Translations under genes and position numbers: made by a program
From: Alphaproteobacteria bacterium
GTDB lineage: Bacteria; Pseudomonadota; Alphaproteobacteria; Rhizobiales; GCA-2746425
Assembly: GCA_051251535.1 (NCBI GenBank)
Contig: JBPOEV010000001.1
Span: 332,698-364,697 of the forward strand
Length of the DNA stretch: 32,000 bases
Direction: 5' to 3'
The notes under the pieces: generated by a model
What the model saw: the letters and a program-made list of their open reading frames with translations, nothing else
What the model was told of the DNA's origin: nothing
The model's database searches: none
Shown here: in pieces, positions 1 to 8,955 of the stretch
How the letters are laid out: the number at the start of each line of letters is the position of its first letter
Numbering within the stretch: the first letter of the stretch is position 1

Positions 1-221
1 AGAGTGATTTCGTTCAAGGGCTTCATCAGTATCCAGCCTCCGCCATGCCCTTTCGTAGACGTGACAATTTCGGCATCGCGCAGCCCTGCCATCGTGCGGC
101 GCACCACAGCGGAATTGGTCTGCAACATCTGCGCTATCAACTCTGATGTTGCTGGCTCGTCCATCCCGTCAAGATGAAGAAGGGCATGAAGAACGCGGGA
201 CAGCCGTTTATCCTGACGCAT
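1..221 (-). CDS. Rrf2 family transcriptional regulator (N-terminal 73 codons; gene runs off the left edge)
   Basis: Minus-strand translation from the ATG at 221-219 gives MRQDKRLSRVLHALLHLDGMDEPATSELIAQMLQTNSAVVRRTMAGLRDAEIVTSTKGHGGGWILMKPLNEIT. This is a winged-helix HTH followed by the GHGGGW motif typical of Rrf2/BadM regulators. It is divergent from the MFS gene and is missing from the ORF track because it is open at the window edge. Confidence 0.75.
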   Translation of the reverse strand, partial: MRQDKRLSRVLHALLHLDGMDEPATSELIAQMLQTNSAVVRRTMAGLRDAEIVTSTKGHGGGWILMKPLNEIT

Positions 222-238
222 TTTGGGTCTCTTTCGCT

Positions 239-304
239 CTTATGTAACATTTGATGACACAAGAGATTGACTCATAGTGCCTTATGATACATTAGACGTT
301 ACAT
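239..304. promoter_or_regulatory. Candidate operator/promoter repeats in the Rrf2-MFS divergent intergenic region
   Basis: There is a direct repeat, CTTATGTAACATT (239-251) and CTTATGATACATT (281-293), matching 11/13 and offset by 42 bp. There is also an inverted pair, ATGTAAC (242-248) and GTTACAT (298-304), the latter overlapping the MFS start codon. No binding data exist. Confidence 0.3.
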
Positions 305-1772
305 GAGTATTATCAAAAACACCATAGCGGACGTGTCTCGGCACGAGCCGCGTTATGATAGATGGATGGCCTTAGCCATTCTGTTCCTTGCCAGTTTCAT
401 GAACCTGATTGACGTCAGTATAGTGAATGTCGCACTGCCCCGCATACAAGCGGACACGGGTGGGACAGCGACCCAGCTTGAATGGGTAGCAGCAGTATAT
501 GTCTTGGCACTTGCTGTGGGCCTCCTGCCGTTCGGGCGCTTTGGCGATGTGTTCGGACGCCGCCGGATGTTCATGTGGGGGTTGATTGGGTTTACGGTCG
601 CATCAGCCCTTTGTGGTTTCGCACCTGACATACTGACCTTGATCGCCGCCCGCGCTGCGCAGGGTATTTTCGCCGCGATGATGGTGCCGCAGGTTCTTGC
701 GATTGTGCATGTGATCTTTACAGCTGACGAAAAGGCCCGTGTCTTCGGTCTGTTTGGTACGATTTCCAGCCTTGGTGTGGTAGCCGGACCGATCACTGGT
801 GGCGCGTTGATTTCCGCCGACCTGGCGGGGTTGGGCTGGCGGCTGGCCTTCCTGATCAACATTCCGCTTGGCATCGTCGCCTTGCTCGGCGCAATGCGCT
901 TCGTCCCTGATCTGGATACCGACACTAGGCTGCGACCTGACTGGGTCGGAACGGGCTTATTCGCTGCGGCAATTGTTCTTTTGGTCTTCCCGCTGATCGA
1001 AGGCCGCGTTCTAGGCTGGCCGTGGTGGACGGTTGTGGCGCTTTTTGCCTGCGTACCAATGTTGGTCGGCTTTGTGCTTTGGGAACGCCGCTTGAGCAAA
1101 CGCGGCCTGTCCGCGCTGATGCCCACAGGTCTTTTGGAAAACCGACCGTACCTGATCCGCCTTGGGTTGGTGACGCTGTTCTTCTCTGGCATCCCCGGCC
1201 TGTTCCTCGTCCTCGCCATCTTCCTGCAATCTGGGTTTGGCCTCTCAGCCCTGCAAAGCGGCCTCGTGACCACCCCATTTCCTGTCGGCGTCATGCTGGC
1301 CTCTACACTCACGTCACAATTTGGAAACCAATATTTGACGCTTAGGATTGCGGGCGGTGCTGCGCTCCTGACAATCGGCATGATTGGACTTCGGGTCGTG
1401 ATCAACGGCGTTGGGCCTGATCTAAACCCGTATCTGTTCACCGTGCCGTTGCTCATCTGCGGCTTTGGGATGGGAACGGCGGTCACGTCGCTGTTTCAGA
1501 TCACAATGTCGAGCGTTGAAGCGCAAGACGCAGGAGCCGGTTCTGGTGCCATGCAGGCGTTCCAGCAAGTCGGCGCTGCGCTCGGTATCGCAATCGCAGG
1601 TCAGATATTTTTCTCCCTGCTGGGCGAGGACGGGATGGAGGCTGGCAAAGGTGCCGCGTCCAGCTTTGTCCATGCCGCATCACAAGCCACGCTCTATTCG
1701 ATTGCCGTCTTTGCGGCACTGGCTCTCGGCCCTGGAGTAACGGCCTATCGCAACGGAAAGAACCCACAATGA
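303..1772 (+). CDS. MFS transporter, DHA2 (EmrB/QacA-like) drug:H+ antiporter family
   Basis: 489-aa ORF that is hydrophobic throughout, with roughly 14 predicted helices. It has an MFS motif-A-like GRFGDVFGRRRMF and an N-terminal LIDVSIVNVALP segment typical of DHA2 members. Its stop overlaps the next start (ATGA). Confidence 0.85.
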   Translation: MSIIKNTIADVSRHEPRYDRWMALAILFLASFMNLIDVSIVNVALPRIQADTGGTATQLEWVAAVYVLALAVGLLPFGRFGDVFGRRRMFMWGLIGFTVASALCGFAPDILTLIAARAAQGIFAAMMVPQVLAIVHVIFTADEKARVFGLFGTISSLGVVAGPITGGALISADLAGLGWRLAFLINIPLGIVALLGAMRFVPDLDTDTRLRPDWVGTGLFAAAIVLLVFPLIEGRVLGWPWWTVVALFACVPMLVGFVLWERRLSKRGLSALMPTGLLENRPYLIRLGLVTLFFSGIPGLFLVLAIFLQSGFGLSALQSGLVTTPFPVGVMLASTLTSQFGNQYLTLRIAGGAALLTIGMIGLRVVINGVGPDLNPYLFTVPLLICGFGMGTAVTSLFQITMSSVEAQDAGAGSGAMQAFQQVGAALGIAIAGQIFFSLLGEDGMEAGKGAASSFVHAASQATLYSIAVFAALALGPGVTAYRNGKNPQ

Positions 1773-2413
1773 CCGGTATATCATCAAACCCATCGCAAGA
1801 ATTTTGGGAACCGCACTACGCCAAAATGTCCCGCCCGTCTGGGGGCCGCGTCTCCGCCGCTTTGAGGCAGTTTGTCGAAGCGCGACCAATCGGAACCGCG
1901 CTTGAACTTGGCTGCGCCCGTGGCGACGACGCAATCTGGCTGGCAAAGCAAGGATGGACGGTCATGGCTGTTGATGTTGCCGAGGCCGCATTGATTGCGG
2001 CCCGTGCATCCGCACTGGAGGCAGGCGTTTCAAACCGGATCACATTCGAGCGGCATGATCTAAGTGCCACGTTTCCAAATGGAAAATTCGAATTGGTGAC
2101 GGCGATGTTTTTCCATTCGCCTGTCGATTTTGGGCGGGTTCAAGCTCTGCGCAGTGCCACGGAATCCGTCGCCAGGGGTGGGCTTCTTTTAGTCGTCGCG
2201 CATGGCTCACGCGCCCCTTGGTCATGGGGTGATCCAGATACTGTCTATCCGACTGCCCAAGACGAACTGAAAGACCTGGCTTTGAACCCAGACGAATGGC
2301 GGCAAGTCTTTGTCGGCCCCATCAAGCGGGACGCAACCGGCCCCGATGATCAACGCGCCACTGTGATCGACACGGTTGTCGCCATCGAACGCCTCTCACC
2401 GCAAACAAATTGA
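1769..2413 (+). CDS. Class I SAM-dependent methyltransferase
   Basis: 214-aa ORF with SAM-binding motif I ALELGCARGDDAIWLA followed by an acidic residue in MAVDVA. Its size and layout resemble TehB/TPMT-type small-molecule methyltransferases. It is translationally coupled to the MFS gene. Confidence 0.8.
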   Translation: MTGISSNPSQEFWEPHYAKMSRPSGGRVSAALRQFVEARPIGTALELGCARGDDAIWLAKQGWTVMAVDVAEAALIAARASALEAGVSNRITFERHDLSATFPNGKFELVTAMFFHSPVDFGRVQALRSATESVARGGLLLVVAHGSRAPWSWGDPDTVYPTAQDELKDLALNPDEWRQVFVGPIKRDATGPDDQRATVIDTVVAIERLSPQTN

Positions 2414-2431
2414 AAAAAGGACGATTGCACC

Positions 2432-3370
2432 ATGTCACATTTCCTTAGAACTTTCACCGTCTCTACTGTGCTTGCCATCGCATCCACGATGCAGGCAACC
2501 GCCGACACAGCCGCGATAAATGACCAGACGGTTACTGTCGGTGATCAAACCTTCCGATACCTCTCAGCTGGGACAAGCGGAACGCCCATCGTGCTTATTC
2601 ACGGCTGGCCGCAAAGTGCGGATGAGTTTCGCCCGATCATGCCAGACCTTGCTGCAAACCACATGGTTTATGCGGTCGATATCAGCGGCGTCGGCGGATC
2701 GACCGCGCCCGGTCAAGATTGGAGCAAGCAAGCTCTCGCCGGTGACATTAAAGAATTTGCCGACGCGCTTGGTATTGAAGATCCGATCGTTGCTGGACAC
2801 GACATTGGCGGCATGGTCGCTTATGCTTACGCCCGCGAATTTGCAGATGAGACAAGCGGCGTGATCATCATGGATATTCCGATCCCCGGCCTCGCCCCGT
2901 GGGATTGGGTCGTCACAAGCCCGCTTACTTGGCACTTCGATTTCCACGCGCAAGAAGGTCTTGTTGAACAACTTGTCGCAGGCCATCAGGCCGAATATTT
3001 CCGGTATTTTGTCAATCTCAGCGCAAAATATCCTGATGCGATTTCCGAAGAAAGTATCGCCACATATGCTGCGGCCTATACCGCCCCCCAAAGCCTAAGT
3101 GCTGGGTTTGAACTCTATCGTTCGTTCGCAGAGGATACGGCCTTTTTCCTATCGAAAAATGAACCGTTTGATATGCCGGTTCTTGTTGTGGGGGCAGAAA
3201 CGACAATGGCGCAATCTCTCGACATGCTTGCTGACGATCTGCGCAAGTTGGGGGCGACAAATGTGGAAACATTAGAAATTGTCGATTCCGGTCACTGGAT
3301 TTCTGAGGAACAACCCGCCGCGACGATTGCCGCCATCGCCGGGTTCGCAGAGGATGTGTCTTCGCAATAG
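2432..3370 (+). CDS. Secreted alpha/beta hydrolase, epoxide hydrolase / haloalkane dehalogenase-like
   Basis: 312-aa ORF with a signal-peptide-like N-terminus (TVSTVLAIASTMQATA/DT). It has the HGWPQS oxyanion-hole motif and a GHDIGG nucleophile elbow carrying Asp. An AAGGA ribosome-binding site lies upstream. Confidence 0.8.
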   Translation: MSHFLRTFTVSTVLAIASTMQATADTAAINDQTVTVGDQTFRYLSAGTSGTPIVLIHGWPQSADEFRPIMPDLAANHMVYAVDISGVGGSTAPGQDWSKQALAGDIKEFADALGIEDPIVAGHDIGGMVAYAYAREFADETSGVIIMDIPIPGLAPWDWVVTSPLTWHFDFHAQEGLVEQLVAGHQAEYFRYFVNLSAKYPDAISEESIATYAAAYTAPQSLSAGFELYRSFAEDTAFFLSKNEPFDMPVLVVGAETTMAQSLDMLADDLRKLGATNVETLEIVDSGHWISEEQPAATIAAIAGFAEDVSSQ

Positions 3371-3379
3371 CGATATCTA

Positions 3380-3394
3380 AGGGGTCCAACCCCT
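3380..3394 (+). terminator. Small GC hairpin just after the hydrolase stop (weak terminator candidate)
   Basis: AGGGG-TCCAA-CCCCT sits 10 nt after the TAG at 3368-3370. The stem is only 5 bp and the T tract is poor (AACCTTT). Confidence 0.3.
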
Positions 3395-3410
3395 AACCTT
3401 TAGAATCAAA

Positions 3411-3448
3411 GTATCTGACGTGTCGCAGCTTAGTCGAACGTCAGATAC
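3411..3448. repeat. Perfect 10-bp inverted repeat (hairpin-capable), function unknown
   Basis: GTATCTGACG (3411-3420) and CGTCAGATAC (3439-3448) are separated by 18 nt. No T tract follows. It lies in a 452-bp stretch with no supportable gene. Confidence 0.6.
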
Positions 3449-3822
3449 ACAGTTGCCACCCCATTTAACCAGACGGGCAAGGCAGTTCTCGAATCTGTCT
3501 GACTGGTGGTCAACCGTGTCGCCGCGATCAAGCAACTGAATGAACGTGACTGAGTCGGGACCGGCCATTCATGCTACTTGCAGCATCCGTCAATGAGGGC
3601 TCGTTCCAGACCTTCGTCACCCGACTCTCTAATGGCCGGTCTGAGATGAATTGCTCCTTCGCGACGCAACCGATTAACTGGCGCGTCGCAGGCAAGGCGA
3701 ACATCGACAAACGCTGTCGGCGGATAATCGATCAAGGCAATGTCACACATTTCTCCTGACACGTTCTGACGCACCGTTCTGCTATGATGGCCTGAACAGC
3801 GGGGGCGCGAAGGAAAACTGTC

Positions 3823-4677
3823 ATGCATATCATTGTTGGAGGAACAGGACAGGTTGGTTCGGCCACGGCGCGTGCCTTGTTGATAAAGGCCGAACCCGTC
3901 ACGATTGTCACGCACAACGAAGACCACGCAACAGAACTTAAGGTGGCTGGAGCCAAAATCGCCTTGGCGGACATCCGCGATGTGGCGACACTCCGTGATG
4001 TCTTTCGGAGCGGCACCAGAGCTTTCCTTCTCAACCCGCCAGCCGATCCGTCGGGCGACACCGATGCGGAAGAACGCGCTAATGTGGCAGCGATTATCGC
4101 AGCTCTGGATGGGTCTGGCCTCCAAAAGGTCGTTGTGGCCTCGACCTATGGCGCGCGTCCGGGCGAGCGCTGTGGTGACCTGACGGTGCTGCACGAGTTC
4201 GAGGAAAAGCTGCGTGCGCAACCGATCCCAGCGGCGATCAATCGCGGCGCTTACTACATGAGCAACTGGGGCGGAATCCTCGATCCGGTGCGTGATAGCG
4301 GCAAGCTTCCAAGCTTCTTTCCGCCAGATCTCATGCTTCCAACGGTAGCGCCCGAAGATTTGGGTAAAGCCGCTGCGCAAAGGTTGCTGGAACCTGTTCG
4401 CGACAATGACATCCGCTATATTGAAGGCCCAGAGCGCTACACACCGGAAGATGTGGCACAGGCATTCCGCGATGCGATAGTAACGCCAGTGGAGGTCGAG
4501 ACGATCCCCCGCGATGCATGGGAGGCGACGTTCAAGCAATTCGGATTCTCGGATGATGCGGCGGCGTCCTATGCCTGCATGACCGCCGCCGTTGTCGACG
4601 GCGACACCGAAAGGCCGGACAATCCGGCGCGTGGGACTACGACCTTGCGTGACTACATTCGACATCTGTTAGAGTAG
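3823..4677 (+). CDS. NmrA-like / NAD(P)H-binding (atypical SDR) family protein
   Basis: 284-aa ORF with an N-terminal Rossmann motif MHIIVGGTGQVGSATARALL. Its length and C-terminal half resemble NmrA/isoflavone-reductase-like proteins. The longer antisense ORF (3574-4665) has shadow-ORF composition. Confidence 0.85.
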   Translation: MHIIVGGTGQVGSATARALLIKAEPVTIVTHNEDHATELKVAGAKIALADIRDVATLRDVFRSGTRAFLLNPPADPSGDTDAEERANVAAIIAALDGSGLQKVVVASTYGARPGERCGDLTVLHEFEEKLRAQPIPAAINRGAYYMSNWGGILDPVRDSGKLPSFFPPDLMLPTVAPEDLGKAAAQRLLEPVRDNDIRYIEGPERYTPEDVAQAFRDAIVTPVEVETIPRDAWEATFKQFGFSDDAAASYACMTAAVVDGDTERPDNPARGTTTLRDYIRHLLE

Positions 4678-4853
4678 CTGAAGATAGACAAGTCATTCAC
4701 CTGCAATTCTCTGACTCACACCGCCGTTTCCCTGTCTTTCCACGCCAGCGCCCTACTACGCCCTTGACGCTGTTGCGCTCCCACTATTTCCGGTTCTTTT
4801 AATCGTCCCCGAACCAGGGCCGTCATGTGACGTCCCTCCAGACGAGGACGCGC

Positions 4854-5828
4854 ATGACGCTATCATTCCAACAATCCGATGCTATTTCACGCGGCAGCCG
4901 CATGCTGCGAACGGCGCTTGGCCCGGCAATCGCTGGCTATCTCGATGACAAGCAGGTTGTCGAGGTCATGCTCAACCCCGACGGACGCCTCTGGATCGAT
5001 CGCCTGTCTGAAGGCCTCTGCGCAACCGATGAACACCTGTCCGCAGCCGATGGCGAGCGGATCATCCGGCTGGTCGCCCATCATGTTGGTGCCGAGGTTC
5101 ATGCCAGCGCACCGCGCGTATCTGCCGAGCTTCCCGAGACGGGAGAGCGGTTCGAAGGACTTTTACCACCGGTCGTCACTGCACCTACCTTCGCGATCCG
5201 CAAACCCGCCGTCGCTGTCTTCAAACTCGCGGATTACGTCGTCGCGGAGATCATGTCAGACGCGCAGGCCAATTTTCTGCGCAGCGCTGTGGCTGAGCGC
5301 CGCAACATCCTCGTGGCCGGTGGGACGTCCACCGGCAAGACCACATTGACCAATGCTCTCCTGGCCGAAGTCGCCAAGACCAATGATCGCGTCGTCCTGA
5401 TCGAGGACACGCGCGAGTTGCAATGCGCCGCACAGAACCTCGTGGCGCTGCGCACCAAAGACAAGGTCGCCTCGCTCTCTGATCTTGTCAGATCCTCGCT
5501 GCGCCTACGGCCCGACCGTATCCCCATCGGCGAAGTGCGCGGATCGGAAGCGCTCGACCTTCTGAAAGCCTGGGGCACTGGTCATCCCGGCGGCATCGGT
5601 ACGATTCATGCCGGGACGGCTCTCGGTGCCCTGCGCCGCATGGAGCAACTCATCCAGGAAGCCGTTGTCACTGTGCCGCGCGCGCTGATCGCCGAAACCA
5701 TTGATCTGGTCGCCGTGCTTTCGGGACGTGGCTCCGCGCGCCGTCTCTCCGAACTCGCCCGCGTCGAAGGTCTCGGTCCGGACGGCGACTACCGCCTCAC
5801 ATCAGCAACAGAAGAAGGACCCAATTGA
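4854..5828 (+). CDS. trbB: P-type conjugative transfer ATPase TrbB (VirB11 family)
   Basis: Walker A motif GGTSTGKTT, plus MLRTALGP...[17 protein letters not shown], typical of the TrbB/VirB11 N-terminus. I chose the ATG at 4854 (GAGGA 5 nt upstream, 324 aa). The track's GTG at 4827 is an alternative start. Confidence 0.9.
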   Translation: MTLSFQQSDAISRGSRMLRTALGPAIAGYLDDKQVVEVMLNPDGRLWIDRLSEGLCATDEHLSAADGERIIRLVAHHVGAEVHASAPRVSAELPETGERFEGLLPPVVTAPTFAIRKPAVAVFKLADYVVAEIMSDAQANFLRSAVAERRNILVAGGTSTGKTTLTNALLAEVAKTNDRVVLIEDTRELQCAAQNLVALRTKDKVASLSDLVRSSLRLRPDRIPIGEVRGSEALDLLKAWGTGHPGGIGTIHAGTALGALRRMEQLIQEAVVTVPRALIAETIDLVAVLSGRGSARRLSELARVEGLGPDGDYRLTSATEEGPN

Positions 5829-6160
5829 TGCCCCAAGACACTCTTCCACTTCGCCGAAGGATCGACGCTATCTGTATCGCAACCTTCGTCTCTCTCATCA
5901 TGGCTTCGACGGCCCACGCCGCCGGGTCATCCATGCCCTGGGAAGCGCCGTTACAGGCAATCCTGGAATCGATCGAAGGGCCGGTCGCCAAGATCATCGC
6001 CGTGATGATCATCATCATCACCGGGCTGACGCTTGCCTTCGGCGACACGTCGGGCGGCGCACGGCGGTTGATCCAAATCGTTTTCGGCATCTCGATTGCC
6101 TTCGCCGCATCGAGCTTCTTCCTGTCGTTCTTCTCTTTCGGTGGCGGGGCGGTGATCTGA
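5828..6160 (+). CDS. trbC: TrbC/VirB2-family conjugative pilin precursor
   Basis: 110 aa with a long leader, then two hydrophobic helices (AKIIAVMIIIITGLTLAFG and IVFGISIAFAASSFFLSFF). The ATG overlaps the trbB stop (TGATG). It sits between trbB and trbD. Confidence 0.85.
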   Translation: MPQDTLPLRRRIDAICIATFVSLIMASTAHAAGSSMPWEAPLQAILESIEGPVAKIIAVMIIIITGLTLAFGDTSGGARRLIQIVFGISIAFAASSFFLSFFSFGGGAVI

Positions 6161-6429
6161 TGACCGATCCTGATACCGTCCCCGGCTTTGCGATCCCGGT
6201 CCATCGGGCGCTGACCGAACCGATCCTGCTGGGCGGCGCGCCACGGTCCATCGCGATTCTCAACGGAACGCTCGCCGCCGCCGTGGGTCTGGGACTGCAA
6301 CTCTGGCTCGTGGGGCTGCCGATGTGGATGGTCGGACATCTCGCAGCGGTCTGGGCCGCCAAGCGCGACCCGTTGTTTGCTGATGTTGTGCGCCGCCATG
6401 TGCGCATCCCCGGCCATCTCGGGGTGTGA
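6160..6429 (+). CDS. trbD: Conjugal transfer protein TrbD (VirB3 family)
   Basis: 89 aa starting MTDPDTVPGFAIPVHRALTEPILLGGAPR, followed by a hydrophobic hairpin. It starts on the last base of the trbC stop. Only the C-terminal part of track ORF 5701-6429 is credible. Confidence 0.85.
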   Translation: MTDPDTVPGFAIPVHRALTEPILLGGAPRSIAILNGTLAAAVGLGLQLWLVGLPMWMVGHLAAVWAAKRDPLFADVVRRHVRIPGHLGV

Positions 6430-6432
6430 TCG

Positions 6433-8955
6433 ATGATGAACCTCGCTGAATATCGCCGCACATCAACCCAACTAGCCGACTTCCTGCCTTGGGCGGCACT
6501 GGTCGGCGACGGTGTCGTCCTGAACAAGGACGGATCGTTCCAGCGCACGGCGCGCTTTCGCGGGCCCGATCTCGACAGCGCGGTCCCTGCCGAGCTGGTT
6601 GCGGTCGCAGGCCGTATCAACAATGCGCTGCGCCGCCTTGGTTCCGGCTGGGCGGTCTTCGTCGAGGCGCAGCGTGTGCCTGCCAGTTCCTATCCTGAAA
6701 GCCGCTTCCCGGATGTCGCATCCGCGCTGGTCGACGCCGAGCGCAAGGCGCAATTCGAAGAGGAAGGCACCCATTTCGAGTCGGCCTATTTTCTGACGCT
6801 GCTGTTTTTGCCGCCCGCCGAAGAGGCCGCGCGGGCCGAACGCTTCCTCTATGAGGGCCGCGACCGCGCCGCTGGCGCTGATGCCCGCGAGATCCTCGCC
6901 GGGTTCGTCGATCGCACCGACCGCGTATTGCAGCTGATCGAAGGCTTCATGCCAGACTGCGCCTGGCTCGATGACGCCGAGACGCTGACCTATCTGCATT
7001 CGGCCATCTCTACAAAGGTGCAGCGCGTCCGCGTGCCCGAGGTGCCGATGCATCTTGATGCGCTTCTGGCCGATCAGCCACTGACTGCGGGTCTGGAGCC
7101 AAGGCTGGGTGATGCGCATTTGCGTGTTCTCACGATCACTGGCTTTCCGAGCGCGACCACGCCGGGCATTCTCGACGATCTAAACCAGCTCGCCTTTCCA
7201 TATCGCTGGTCCACGCGGGCTGTCATGCTCGACAAGACGGATGCGACACGGCTGCTGGCCAAAATCCGGCGGCAATGGTTCGCCAAGCGCAAATCGATCG
7301 CCGCCATCCTTAAGGAGATCATGACCAATGAGGCCTCGGCGCTTCTGGATACGGACGCGCACAACAAGGCGATGGATGCCGATGCGGCCCTGCAGGAACT
7401 CGGATCTGATCTGATCGGCGAGGCTTATGTGACCGCAACGGTCACAGTGTGGGACGCAGATCCCAGCGTCGCAGATGAGAAACTGCGTCTCGTTGAGAAG
7501 GTGATCCAGGGCCGAGACTTCACCTGTATCGCCGAGACGGTCAATGCGGTCGAAGCCTGGCTTGGCTCGTTCCCCGGCCATGTCTATGCCAATGTCCGTC
7601 AGCCGCCCGTTTCGACGCTGAACCTCGCCCATATGATCCCCCTGTCTGCGGTCTGGGCGGGGCCGGAACGGGATACGCATTTTGCAGCGCCCCCACTGCT
7701 CTTTGGCCAGACCGAAGGGGCGACCCCGTTCCGGTTTTCGCTGCATGTCGGCGATGTCGGTCACACGCTGGTGGTCGGACCGACCGGTGCCGGAAAATCC
7801 GTTCTGCTGGCATTGATGGCCCTGCAGTTCCGCCGTTACGATCACTCCCAAGTGTTCGCCTTCGATTTTGGAGGCTCGATCCGGGCGGCAGCGCTCGCCA
7901 TGGGCGGCGACTGGCACGATCTCGGTGGCGCGCTGTCAGACGACGCATCGAAACCAGTTGCCTTGCAGCCACTGGCGCACATCCACGATGCCGCGACGCG
8001 CAGTTGGGCGGCAGGCTGGGTCGCCGCGATCCTGGCACGGGAAGGCGTGACGGTGACACCAGAGGTCAAGGATCATCTCTGGTCGGCACTGTCCTCGCTG
8101 GCGTCCGCCCTTGTTGGAGAACGGACGCTGACCGGTCTGTCGGTGCTGTTGCAGTCACAGGATCTGAAACGCGCCTTGCAGCCTTATTGCGTCGGTGGTC
8201 CCTTCGGCCGCCTGCTTGACGCCGAGGAGGAGCAGCTTGGCGTAGCCACTGTGCAGGCTTTTGAGACCGAAGGCCTGATCGGCACAGGCGCGGCACCTGC
8301 GGTGCTCGCCTATCTGTTTCACCGGATCGAGGGCCAACTCGACGGCGCGCCGACCCTGCTGATCATCGACGAGGGCTGGTTGGCGCTCGACGATGAGGGC
8401 TTCGCCGGGCAGTTGCGCGAATGGTTGAAGACCCTGCGCAAGAAGAACGCCAGCGTCGTCTTCGCGACCCAGTCGCTGTCGGACATCGACGGCTCAGCCA
8501 TCGCGCCCGCGATCATTGAGAGCTGTCCGACCCGGCTGTTCCTGCCGAACGAACGCGCGATCGAGCCACAGATCACCACCATCTATCGCCGCTTCGGGCT
8601 GAATGATCGCCAGATTGAGATTCTGAGCCGGGCAACGCCCAAGCGCGACTACTATTGCCAGTCGCGGCGCGGCAACCGACTGTTCGAGCTCGGTCTTGGC
8701 GAGGTGGCACTCGCCTTCACAGCGACGTCGTCCAAAAGCGACCAGGCCGCCATCACCCGCATCCTCGCGGAACATGGCCGCGACGGCTTTGTCGCGGCCT
8801 GGCTCGCCGAACGTGGCGCCGCATGGGCCGCCGATCTCATTCCTGATCTGCCCAATCTTGATCGCACCGACGAACCCTCGGACGCTGAGACCCAATTCAC
8901 GTTCGACCTTGCCGCCGATCCAACCAGCCCAAATGAACAGGAGAAAACCCCATGA
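6433..8955 (+). CDS. trbE: Conjugal transfer ATPase TrbE (VirB4 family)
   Basis: 840 aa with Walker A GPTGAGKS and Walker B LLIIDEGW. The N-terminus, LADFLPWAALVGDGVVLNKDGSFQRT, is typical of TrbE. Confidence 0.92.
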   Translation: MMNLAEYRRTSTQLADFLPWAALVGDGVVLNKDGSFQRTARFRGPDLDSAVPAELVAVAGRINNALRRLGSGWAVFVEAQRVPASSYPESRFPDVASALVDAERKAQFEEEGTHFESAYFLTLLFLPPAEEAARAERFLYEGRDRAAGADAREILAGFVDRTDRVLQLIEGFMPDCAWLDDAETLTYLHSAISTKVQRVRVPEVPMHLDALLADQPLTAGLEPRLGDAHLRVLTITGFPSATTPGILDDLNQLAFPYRWSTRAVMLDKTDATRLLAKIRRQWFAKRKSIAAILKEIMTNEASALLDTDAHNKAMDADAALQELGSDLIGEAYVTATVTVWDADPSVADEKLRLVEKVIQGRDFTCIAETVNAVEAWLGSFPGHVYANVRQPPVSTLNLAHMIPLSAVWAGPERDTHFAAPPLLFGQTEGATPFRFSLHVGDVGHTLVVGPTGAGKSVLLALMALQFRRYDHSQVFAFDFGGSIRAAALAMGGDWHDLGGALSDDASKPVALQPLAHIHDAATRSWAAGWVAAILAREGVTVTPEVKDHLWSALSSLASALVGERTLTGLSVLLQSQDLKRALQPYCVGGPFGRLLDAEEEQLGVATVQAFETEGLIGTGAAPAVLAYLFHRIEGQLDGAPTLLIIDEGWLALDDEGFAGQLREWLKTLRKKNASVVFATQSLSDIDGSAIAPAIIESCPTRLFLPNERAIEPQITTIYRRFGLNDRQIEILSRATPKRDYYCQSRRGNRLFELGLGEVALAFTATSSKSDQAAITRILAEHGRDGFVAAWLAERGAAWAADLIPDLPNLDRTDEPSDAETQFTFDLAADPTSPNEQEKTP

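Noticed and set aside
353-1486. 377-aa minus-strand ORF opposite the MFS transporter gene
   Set aside because: It has Pro/Arg/Ser/Thr-rich low-complexity composition, and the plus strand encodes an unmistakable multi-helix transporter.
3377-3760. Short minus-strand ORFs (63, 60 and 59 codons) as possible genes or an HxlR-like regulator
   Set aside because: Similarity to any family is too weak to support by eye, the frames are broken, and no convincing start or ribosome-binding site exists. I report this only as a possible remnant in the findings.
3574-4665. 363-aa minus-strand ORF, longer than the plus-strand NmrA-like ORF it overlaps
   Set aside because: It is Arg/Cys/His-rich with no recognisable motifs. 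The plus-strand frame has a clear Rossmann motif and family-like sequence. This is a typical antisense shadow ORF in GC-rich DNA.
4764-4790. Possible sigma70-type promoter for the trb operon (TTGACG ... TATTTC)
   Set aside because: The spacer is only 15 nt and the -10 element is poor, so this is not distinguishable from chance. I also saw no TraR-type tra box upstream of trbB.
5701-6159. N-terminal 153 codons of the 242-aa track ORF 5701-6429
   Set aside because: This part overlaps trbB and trbC in another frame and is Arg/His-rich. Only the part from the ATG at 6160 (TrbD/VirB3-like) is credible.
6596-6604. TGGTTGCGG inside trbE matching the att-like core
   Set aside because: It is a 9-nt match with no flanking similarity, inside a conserved coding region, so most likely chance.
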